Part shown: positions 27,601 through 36,400 of the stretch, piece after piece
How the letters are laid out: each line of letters starts with the position of its first letter
Numbering within the stretch: the stretch's first letter is position 1
NCBI GenBank assembly: GCA_002633005.1
Contig: NMRA01000001.1
Location: forward strand, 3,641,695 to 3,705,694
DNA: 64,000 nt
Origin: Phoronis australis
Lineage: Eukaryota; Animalia; Phoronida
Reading direction: 5' to 3'
The notes under the pieces: generated by a model
Told to the model about the DNA's origin: nothing
Databases searched by the model: none
Seen by the model: the letters and a program-made list of their open reading frames with translations, nothing else
Program-made: the position numbers and the translations under genes

Positions 27601-28296
27601 TGCATGTGACTTCTCGCAGTATAAAACTGAAAGTTGGTATACTGTTTGCATTGATTCCCACAAACAACAAACAATATGCAAATGAATTCAATTTTCTTGA
27701 AATCAGTCTCATTCAATAAACCTTAAGATTTTTTTGATAAAGATGCCAACAATAGAGTTACAAAGATTCAGTGATGTCACGGTGAATAAATTTGCAAGTC
27801 AATCCCACGAAGCCGTCCTCTGCGTGCTCCGTATCATGCACTGCAGATTATTTAATGTAAATGGTCACGTGATTGAACGTTCGGCTAGATTCGCAAATTT
27901 CGCCCATTGGAAAGTAAATAAACGTCTTCCTCGAAAGAACTACAAGTGAAAACAAGCTTCGAATCACTGTTACGTCAGAACTGCCGAGATACGCTCGAAA
28001 ATCAAACGTACAAATCATAACATAATGGATGACCAAAAATTGTGCACACGAACTGTAGTAGGTAAAATACAACAATTACTCGAACAAAAATCACTGATGT
28101 TTAATTACACAATTATCTGCAAGATCCACTTGAAACAGTTGGTTTTGGGATTTTATGCACCAATTTTTTTCGTACATATGATGTTGTGATGGACCAAATG
28201 GCGAGACAATTTATTACGATACTCACGTATGGTAAATTCACTGCTTTTAGGAATGCTGATGAGAAGCAGCATACAACTGAAACCAAGTCGTACCAT
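1671..28296 (-). CDS. Spliced gene for a probably secreted mosaic protein: signal peptide-WSC-CCP/sushi-CUB-C-type lectin (one exon probably in an N-gap; 3' end unresolved)
   Basis: Exons with GT-AG boundaries and matching phases: 28296-28227, 21781-21648, [gap], 20308-20138, 18098-17601, 6801-6686, 4260-4020, 3030-2850, 1903-1671. Domain motifs were recognised in the translations. Confidence 0.8.
2090..2275. mobile_element. Small MITE with imperfect TIRs
   Basis: tagaccttattcacgcagtcgccatttt versus aaaagggcgaccgcgtgaatacggtgta. Confidence 0.6.
2850..3030 (-). CDS. Mosaic gene exon: N-terminal half of a C-type lectin-like domain
   Basis: CEGKW...ACF...NFAAAEEFCVSQDGHLADFIDENEVNEI, the CTLD alpha1/alpha2 pattern. 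Acceptor ttcgtag (phase 1), donor in phase 2. Confidence 0.8.
3139..3386. mobile_element. Shorter copy of the 23533-23972 MITE family
   Basis: catgaaacagtctcaaatagggactcaact ... ggactgtttcatgcatcggggcact; shared internal tagagttcactct segment. Confidence 0.7.
4020..4260 (-). CDS. Mosaic gene exon: C-terminal part of a CUB domain
   Basis: VLVIRFSQFKVQ...CEYDALVIHDG...IGRYC...VYMEFKSD...GRGFQFGW. Phase 0 in, phase 1 out, gtaag donor. Confidence 0.9.
4309..5989. mobile_element. Non-autonomous Kolobok-like DNA transposon, copy 1
   Basis: TIRs AGGAGAATGCCACCCG / CGGGTGGCATTCTCCT, flanked by TTAA on both sides. Confidence 0.85.
6686..6801 (-). CDS. Mosaic gene exon: N-terminal part of a CUB domain
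   Basis: CGGELNKENGSVKYPFTANHHYPNNALCVWRISTTPGN (CUB CGG...YP N..C.W.I). Acceptor ttccag, donor gtatg. Confidence 0.88.
7578..7976. mobile_element. ~400-bp MITE family B (Harbinger-like, CWG-flanked)
   Basis: Termini cagggccc...aatct / agattgggccctg. Related copies at 45721-46126 and 48080-48563. Confidence 0.7.
7983..8514. mobile_element. Old dispersed non-autonomous element (family C)
   Basis: Imperfect TIR ttaagattatgtaggact / agtcttacatgacttcaa. Diverged inverted copies at about 52860-53205, 54990-55400, 39970-40230 and 27040-27330. Confidence 0.5.
9290..9989. mobile_element. MITE with ~60-bp TIRs
   Basis: ggcagaatagagaatcttaaccaagcaccttgacctacattctaca ... tgtagaatgtaggtcaaggtgcttggtcaagattctccattctgcc. 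Confidence 0.75.
10005..11515. repeat. Direct duplication of a ~640-bp unit ending in a ~160-bp hairpin
   Basis: 10005-10644 closely matches 10882-11515. Hairpins atagattattacatg...catgtaataatctat at 10482-10644 and 11366-11515; part of a third at about 13068-13150. Confidence 0.85.
10737..10805 (-). pseudogene. tRNA-derived sequence (SINE head or tRNA pseudogene)
   Basis: A box TGGTGTAATGG and B box GGTTCGAAACC. Acceptor-like pairing GCTGAG/CTCGGT, but the anticodon stem does not pair. Confidence 0.65.
11649..11995. mobile_element. Palindromic MITE with GAATCATGCATACGAA sub-repeats
   Basis: TIR gtaccatagaatcatac / gtatgattctatggtac. A second copy is split by the foldback element (13278-13408 plus 16907-17126). 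Confidence 0.75.
13409..16906. mobile_element. Foldback-like element with long TIRs and internal modular repeats
   Basis: About 380-bp inverted termini (13409-13790 versus 16520-16906). An internal ~200-bp module occurs at about 15620, 15850 and 16410, and inverted at about 14100-14270 and 14670-14830. Confidence 0.8.
17601..18098 (-). CDS. Mosaic gene exon: CCP/sushi domain plus further CCP-like Cys-rich modules
   Basis: ECGPPPQVANGRV...YSCHPGYYL...CTQNSAWTPLPVC, followed by C...YGT...SC...YCDSDGNW...C. Phase 1-1 exon of 498 nt, gtaagt donor. Confidence 0.88.
18697..18769. mobile_element. 73-bp TIR-only copy of the same MULE-like family
   Basis: ctcgctggttccctgcgtgcc...ggcacgtaggggaccagcgag; flanks tgttggttt / tgttggctt. 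Confidence 0.7.
20138..20308 (-). CDS. Mosaic gene exon: CCP/sushi domain
   Basis: TCDSVSVTNG...IHCHPGYCAVGDTHPQCKATGQWTLVATCSP; symmetric phase 1-1 exon of 171 nt. Confidence 0.85.
20535..20629. repeat. Compound microsatellite (GTCT)n(GCGT)n(GT)n
   Basis: Seen directly, at a gap edge. Confidence 0.95.
21515..21637. repeat. (GAT)n/(GAC)n trinucleotide microsatellite
   Basis: Seen directly, at a gap edge; intronic, just past the WSC exon donor. Confidence 0.95.
21648..21781 (-). CDS. Mosaic gene exon: N-terminal half of a WSC domain
   Basis: ELGCYKVDDYHDLTVLASNSNTSNTARNCMQLCFHRGFANAGLK fits the WSC pattern LGCY...T...C...C...GF..AGL. Acceptor ttacag, donor gtaacc. Confidence 0.8.
22270..22958. 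mobile_element. Kolobok-like transposon, partial copy 3
   Basis: Similar to 30220-30940, then joined directly to the right TIR gggtggcattctcct and TTAA. No left TIR seen. Confidence 0.8.
23533..23972. mobile_element. MITE with ~55-bp TIRs (Harbinger-like)
   Basis: cagtgcccggttgcatgaaacag...ctgtttcatgcaaccgggcactg. It abuts a smaller related MITE at about 23403-23535. Confidence 0.8.
25876..26160. repeat. 29-bp minisatellite (~10 visible copies, continuing into the gap)
   Basis: Unit ttgaatgtgtaatgtagatcatttgtacc repeated head-to-tail with no spacers. Confidence 0.95.
28227..28296 (-). CDS. Mosaic gene exon 1: start codon and putative signal peptide
   Basis: caacATG start; MVRLGFSCMLLLISIPKSSEFTI; GTGAGT donor in phase 1, matching the phase-1 acceptor of the WSC exon. 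Confidence 0.65.
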
Positions 28297-30098
28297 GTTG
28301 TCCTTGTCCGTGACGACTGATGCTCAGATTACCATGCTCAAACGTCTATCATGCTGAGATGTCATTCAAACACTTGCTCATTAATGTCATCAATCTGCTT
28401 TTTCAAACCTTCCCCAGGCTTTAAAAATCAACATGTTTCTCCAAAAGTCATTTCCTTCGTAAATAATGAAATATAAGTAGATAATGGGATTATATTTTAG
28501 AGTATTGTTTTGCAACTATAAATCAATTATTTGACGGTGAGGGAATTGCTTTAAAATACTGTTCTCATTTCTCCATTGATTTTCCTTTAATATGTTTTTT
28601 TAATGCCTGTTCGTATACTTCGCTACTACCGAAGCTTCCATGTTAACTGTGGTTAACCGCGAAGTTAAGGTTATTCTTGGTTTTGCTTTTCAAAGGTGCT
28701 GTCAGCCAAGAATCTCCAATGACTTGTTGTTACTTGCCATCTTCACTAGACATGAAAAGAACACCCCTATGACAGTTCTCGCGGTCGGTTTCAGGCAAGT
28801 TAACTGGTTGGTTGGCCTCTGAAACAGACGGTACCCACATGTAACTCATGTTACCCTTTTCTTGTGTACTCGGACAGACAACTTCTCTCAATTAGGGATC
28901 ATAAAACAGCAAATACTCGCTACTTTTAGTCTGTAAACTAAAAAATGATCGCCGTGAGCCCAATGGTATTGGATGTGAACAATGTAGAGCTGATTTTTAG
29001 TGAGCAACTTTTACTGTTCCGTTTTACTGATTGTTTTTATTATCTGTTTTGTATGTTATTCTAGGCTTCCCAGAAAACAAACTCACAATGAGGTTAGTAT
29101 AACGTGTGGCGTATCGATCTTCTCCCCGAGTCTCTCTCACTCTTCAAATTCTCGATGCAGCCGCGGAGATGATACTTCATTTAACAAGTTGCCACCTCCG
29201 TCATTTTTTTCATTAGTGTCACGCCTAGAAATATTCAACAGAGGGAGAAGCAAACTGAAAGTTGTTGGGGGAGGGGGGAGGGTGAGGGACACTTTGCTTT
29301 GCAGGATCAGGGGGGCAGACACAAAACTGAAATGAGTTTCGACCGGTAGAATTTTGTATTGAACAGTGCGTCATGTCCCGTTGTGCCACCCTCACCCTCT
29401 CTCGGACCCCAGTCCAGGATGAGCTACACTAGCTCCCGAGAAGATACCTCAAAACCACTCGACAAGACATGCCAGCGGCGCAATTTATAGTGTAGAATGC
29501 GCACACGAACAAAATGTATCGTTTAAACAACGTATGCATATTTAACTTGGCCGGAGGGAACTGCAGAAAATTCAATGCCTTTTATGAACATGACGCCCGC
29601 TGGTACGACAGTTTCCTGGTCGCCAGACAGAGGTGGGGAACATGCACACTGGAAAGCCGGCAGCATTGACCGTCCTGCAGTCCAGAACCGCACACAATGG
29701 ATAACTTCCGCTTCATCGCGACAAGGTGAACGCGCGGCCGCCGTCCGCAAAGGCGGGCAAGTTAGGGCCTGGACCATCGCTGCGCAAGAAACGGTCGCTC
29801 GAGGCCCCTGACTGTGGACTGCATGGCGACGTGTAAACGCGGGCCTGGCCAGCCCACCCGGCCACGATGACTGGTTGTGGTCAATAGCTACGTCGCTTTG
29901 CCCGGCCGCCGTACTGTCGCAAAAAATCTGGCTGTGGACGACATCGGCGGCCACAATTAGGCAAGCTTGCCGCACCTCACAGCTTTCGCTAATTTTGCCT
30001 TCGGTCTGTACTGCTACAATACCCCGGTTGACTTATTACGCGACCACCGCCGACCCAAGATACTTTTTGTTCACCAACCCTGCACTTTGATGATTTAA

Positions 30099-31811
30099 AG
30101 GAGAATGCCACCCAAAAAACAACCTATTTTGTATCAATTTAGATCGAGTAGTTCTATTCGATAACGGCAGGTTCGGTTGCGTTATCTGACACCTGACGGC
30201 AGACGGAGGTGTTGAAATTATCCAATGACGTAATTGGTTTCACACGCAGTCTGTTCAGCAGTTCACAACACGGGTTAGTGGCGTCAGCTTGTCGCGTGAA
30301 TTCATCGTTTAACACCAATCATCAAACTTCGATGTAAAACCCTTAAAATACACCGAGTTCTTATAAAAACGTGTTGTTTTTTTAATTTCGCTGTTATGGA
30401 TTTACTCATTTGGACAAACCGTAGCCTACAAAGTTCGGCAGGCCAATTTACCAAGGTCCGTAGTAGGAGTTTGAGGTCAGTTCGAAGATAAATTCGAAGT
30501 ATTCTTTCGTGAAATACAGACAGGAGAACCTATATCTGTGTTGTTTATACTTGTGATTTTTTTTAGTCCTAAACACACAAAACGCTTGTTATCCCGGCCA
30601 GTGGCTCGGAATCCGATCAGGCCCGTCGCGGCTGGACTGAGTCTCGGCCAGTGGCTCGGAACCCGATCAGTCCCGTCGCGGCCGCCGGGACTGGCACGAA
30701 CATAAACCAGCTTGAGTTTGAAACTAAACATCCAGTCACGAAAAGACTATAATAGTGAGCCAAAGAAATAATGTGCACGTAATTATTTATGTGAATTAGC
30801 CCGTGACGAAACTGAAAATCTACTTACTCAGTTGTCGGGGGCTGCGAAGTCGGGTTCCCCTTCCACAGACCGTCAGGGCAAAGGTTGTACAGTAACAATG
30901 ATTTGAATAGTAAATTTGTATCTCTAAATAAAGATTCCCCTAACATCTGATAATAGCGAGTAATTGTTTCACAACAGCTTTTTGTCAGCAAACACTGAAT
31001 TAGCATGCGCTCACACGGCCTCTGTGCCCGATCAATTAGGCCTACCTTTGTTGCCGGCATCAAAAGCCAGTAACGCAGTGGTTTATTCCTTGCTGGCTTC
31101 TATAGTCAAAACATCTGCACTCACGAGCACTCCAAGGTAGTAACTAATGAGACAGACTTTGTTTCAGTTTCATATAAGCTGCATTGGTAGGGTCATTTTA
31201 GGATGAATTGAATAATTCATTTTGAAACAGAGCGCAGAATAATAAACGGCTACATTGCAAGTGGCCGGGGCCAATCCCGACTTAGTCAAAAGTTCATCCG
31301 ACGAAGACTTCACAGATGGATCGTTAGGTTTCACAGGCTATCAGTTCGAACCGGAATACACATATCAAGCAATGGGTGCCGTGAACATGCACAGGCAACG
31401 GAACGTATGGATAGTTATTTGGTAAGCCAGAATTCGTCTGAGAAATCACTGTCGACAAAATGCTGGCCACAGACACGGAGATGTTTCACGTCCTCATACT
31501 TGCTATTAACAGCATACCTTTAATTCTTCGACCGCCAGTCACTTCCTAAGCATTTCGGGCTCTCGAGAAAGTCGAAAAAACGATATACCTGCTTTCTTCG
31601 TAGCTTCATCGTTCGGACAAGCGGGAACCGATGCACCATAGCGGCATTCACTCTGCAGACGAACCACTGACGTCGCTGCGTCACTTCTCACCTTCCTCAC
31701 AGGTTAACGCGACACCTCTCGGCAAGGTGAGGTCGACCGTATAAAAGGCGATGTGGAAATAGACCGATTAAGACGGTAAAAAAGACTTATTAAATCAGAT
31801 GGCATTCTCCT
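30099..31811. mobile_element. Non-autonomous Kolobok-like DNA transposon, copy 2
   Basis: Same TIRs and TTAA TSD. 31440-31811 is the reverse complement of 4309-4690. Confidence 0.85.
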
Positions 31812-31999
31812 TTAAGGCGACAAGATGATATCCTACAAGTATGTTCTTATATCAGAAAACGCAAGCTTCATACGGAAAGTTTTTACAGCGTCACGAGCCA
31901 ACAAATACAGGAATTCGTTTTAACAGGTACTATCTTGGTGATGTAGAATGTGACATTAGATTATTATCAGACGTTGTTCGAGATCACTTTTAGGAGATG

Positions 32000-33290
32000 C
32001 TGTCAAAAGTGCTAGTTGGCGGAAATAGATGATTTATTATGACTAGACTTGTGCTCCAAATCAATGAAAGAGTATAGTAGTAAAATAATACTATCTCTGG
32101 AAAGCTGGTCCTGAATGAAAAGCCGGTCACTGCGGTTTCCGGAATGAATCTTATTGTATTATATTTTTGTGTATGTCTTAATAAATAGGTAACTGCTAAA
32201 AGATAAACAATTCGCACAACGGAGGAATGAGAAAAAAACTTAATAAAGGAGATTGAGAAATAAAGATGATAAAAGGTGAAGTTGGGGAATGTCACGGTGA
32301 AATGTATGTTGCAGAATCGATGAATTATGTAGTGAAACACGATAAGTAAGAACAAAGAAATTTCTAAAGGCACAATGTAAACAAAAATTTTTATTCCTGA
32401 ATTGGCAAAAAGTCAGTATTACATAACTCGTGGAACGATAGAGGAGTAAAGGATAATGATGACATTTTTCTAGACTGACGTTTTTTGTAAAAAGCTTTCA
32501 TTCAGAGACCAATGATAACAATTTTTTATGAATTTTTTTATGAAAGCAATACTGTCTACCTGGGTCGGTGATAGAAGTTAAAATACTAAAGTTGTGCTGC
32601 GTCTGCCACATTGTCCTGAAGTGCAAAGTTAGATAACAAAAAATAAGAAAGGTCGTCGATCAATGTATGATATATTTATTCGTAATATGACGATAAAACC
32701 GATCTCACAGGATAAATGGATTTCTGAGATGAGTAATGAATTAACTATGTATTGGAAATCAGTGAAGTTAAATGTTTTTAATTTTTCTCTAGATGGTTCC
32801 AGTATCGACTAGTTCATAGAATATTGAGTACAAATTCATACAAAATGGGCGTCTCGGATTCTTCTGCTTGTACATTTTGTAATAAAACCCCAGAAACTTT
32901 GATGCACTTATAACTGCACCAGAACCTCGAGGGAAGATATTTTTGAATTTTACTTCAGTGATAGCGATGAAACATTAATGAACTCTAACGTTCTTCTTGG
33001 AATCAACATCACATATTCATCTACAAATTTAATTTTGATTCTAGGGAAATATCACATGAACTATCAAAGATTGTGGGGCTCTTTACCATCTATTAATGTT
33101 TTGTTAGTATTTTAAAACAGAGAAATGTATTTTTCGAAAAATCATACAGTTTGATAGTTATAGAAATAGATGGTTAAAATTTGCTCACATTATTGAAAAT
33201 TAGGCGACCATTGAATGGGTGCATGCGTTTATAATATGTGTTCAATGTGACTTACATTGTAATGCTACTTATTGATATACAAAAAAAATT
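32000..33290 (+). mobile_element. Degenerate 5'-truncated L1/Tx1-type LINE (ORF2 C-terminus); 5' boundary approximate
   Basis: Broken-frame peptides IGKKSVLHNSWNDRGVKDNDDIF and WFQYRLVHRILSTNSYKMGVSDSSACTFCNKTPETLMHL (zf-RVT-like); short A tail at about 33281. Confidence 0.75.
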
Positions 33291-33414
33291 TTGATTCCTT
33301 TTTTTGATTACTGCAGACGGTTTAGCATAGACCCGAACCCTGGTGGACGTTTCTAAAATTAGGATTGTAACATCGCAAAATATTATCGATCCTTCTATTA
33401 CTGTTTTTGCCACA

Positions 33415-36400
33415 ATGGCCGAGATGTCGTTATTGTGCAGTTCGACAAAATTGCAAAGAGACCGTGGTCTGTTGGAATTACAGCACCACTTAAGTGGGGA
33501 AAACACAGATAATTTCGCAGAAATTCAGAACGATGTATTAAAATTGTTTGACGAGGTAAGTATTTGTGTCGGAGTAAGCAGTAACCTCCGTCAGCGGCCA
33601 CCAACGCAATCGAACTGGAGATTTGACTTGTCCTGTGCCTGTGCCTGTGGCTGTCGGTGTGACTGTGCTCTTTGGCTATGCTTGAGGCTGTAGGCTTGAA
33701 TGTAGAGTGTAGAAAATTCACTCCTCGACGAGTGTCGATGACCGGTAGGCTATTGAATCTCTATCATTGACTGACGTAGGATTGAAATGACCTAATCGTT
33801 TGGGGTACTAATGCCAGTAATGCCGAGTAATGCCAGTAGTGGGCAGTTGGTGAATTCTGAGTTGTTGTTTGCTATATGACTTCTAAATCAGAGCCACTTG
33901 ATATTATTTCCCCTCTTAAATATTTTATGTAGACTTTCTGCATCAGTGCTGCCTTCTCTCGGCATGGCTGGCAGACGTGTTACCTTCCCATAACCTTTTG
34001 TGCTTCAGGCGTCCTCAGCTTTCTGACCGTCCCCAATACACTAATACTACATGTATGACACTCCGAACTAGAAATTTCATGGGTTCTTCACTTCAGCCGC
34101 CCGTAGCAAACACAAAACTCTATAAATTTACACAAAACGGGTTCAACAAAAGTGAGGAATAATTGTTCTTTCTCCCAATGCCATTTGCGATGTCTTGCTC
34201 TACCGAGTTCGTAACTAATTCGCGGTCAAAGCACAAAAATCTTCCCAAAAAGTCACTGCATACTATCAATACGCTACGCAGAAATTACCGATTTGTCACG
34301 GAAGGTCATGACATCAATAACTCCACACTGAGCCAGACCCTTTCATAACCTTCCGCTATGAACCGGCAATTGCCGTCCATTTGTAACTCATCGGATTATT
34401 CCGTACCGTTTGACTCTCGCACGTGAACAGGTACGCCACCAGGAAGGTGAACACCAGGGTTGCCTCGCATGCAGGTCATGACCTTGCCTTAGTACCTTTA
34501 CCACCACAACACAGGTGAAACAGGTTGTCTCTCATACAGGTCCTCAACTCCTGGAACTTTTACCATCACCATTAATTACCGTGCACGCCGTCCAAGGTCT
34601 GCAGGTGCTAGTTGGCAGTGCTTCATCGGTAGATCATCTGTTTGCCGACTATGCCATTTGTAGTAATAGATGAGATTACCGGACCCAAGAATCGAACCAG
34701 CGACCTTCATAAAATCATTCAGCTAATAGGCAATTGACCTATCGCCTGGATTTTAAGTGACTGCTTAACTGACCAATCAGAATGCAGCATTCTTGACACA
34801 TCTTCATTTCCAAGACACCATTTTACCTTACAAACAACACGTTGCCGCATAAAATTATTTTTTTTGTTAACATTTTGCTAGGGGCGGAGCTTGCCAAAGG
34901 TCAATTGCCCATTAGCGAGTAGCTAACAGAGGCTCAGTGCACCAATTCTAGCCAGCTAGCTAGGCACATGAATACTAACAACAAAATATATAGTTAGTGA
35001 AAGTAGGGTCATTGGATGCAAGCCATTTTATTAAAGAACCAAGTCTGTTTATTTAGCCAAATATCGACAAAACTATAGATTTTAACCCAGTAAATGTGTA
35101 ATATTTTCTGTAAGTAGAAAGTCTGTAGAATTTGATTTTTGACTTTTCACCAATCTGCTATTGATTGAGTCTTGTGACTCTGTCTTCTTATTAAAGTTTA
35201 TAAAAACCGTATCGTGCATTGATAGCAAAACAACGCTATCAATGTCACCAAATTTGTTTTGATCTAACTGTTCAAGATGAATTATCAAACATGTTACAGT
35301 TTTCTAAATTGTCATTTTGTTTTATTTTTTTTCATGAAAATCATAAATGTCCTATTTTTGATTGGCCTTCATGCAAAAAACCAACATTTGGAAACAATTA
35401 TGAGCTTCATTTTGGAGAACACTGCTTTAAGCGCAGTAATTGAAAGTCTCGTATGAATCCGATTGGCCATTTTTGAAATATAATGTTCTGAAGTCGGCCA
35501 AATTTGGACGTTTTTCTAGGGTCCTAAATAACTAAGTGAAAAACAATCTACAGTAACAATTCTCCCATATGGGACAGTGAAACACTAATTATTTTGCTCA
35601 AAGTCGGAACTTGTCTCAAATTCTAGAAATAGGCAATGTTGACTGTCCCATTTTGGGCCAATTTCAAGAAAGGCGGCATAGTTACCCGTACCCTTACTAA
35701 TTGCGTTTTTTTTTCTTTGTTATGCTTTGAATTGGAGATCAGCCTCAAAGGCCAAGGTTGTTGGAGGATTGGAATCAACCGCCTCTTATGTTGTAGCCTG
35801 TCACTATGCTAGTGAGCAAAATTGTCAATATTATTATAAGTAGCTGAGTATTTTTAAAGAATTTAACATATATATGTAGTCCCACTCTCTTTGATGTTAT
35901 CTTGATGTCTCGAAATCTCACAGGTTCTTCGCAGATGCAAGTCAGTAAACCTGCCTTGAATTGGAAGTTGGGAGTTGAAATACATTGAAATCATAGGATT
36001 TGTTATTAGACATATTGCTTTTGCACTGCACATCAAATACTAACCATCAAATTTATCTTTCGAAATTGTATGGCAAATATTATGGCACAGAAATATAGAG
36101 CTTCAAAAGTATTTATTCACTCGGATAGTCAAGGTTTTTTGTTCGTTTCTTATTCCACCATTTACATTTTTCACATAGCGATGAACTCTTAAACTATATG
36201 TATTCCCTTAGCTGACATTTGGGTCATCATGTCAAAATCCATTAGCACAAGGTGGAAGGCAACTGCTTTGCCATTGTTTCAGGGAGGTGAACAGAAGGGA
36301 AATATAACACCAGTACTAACTAGCATTTGATTTTGTTCTTGCAAAATATTTTTTCCCTACACCATGAATTTTTTCTGATTTCTATTTCACAAAATCTGTC

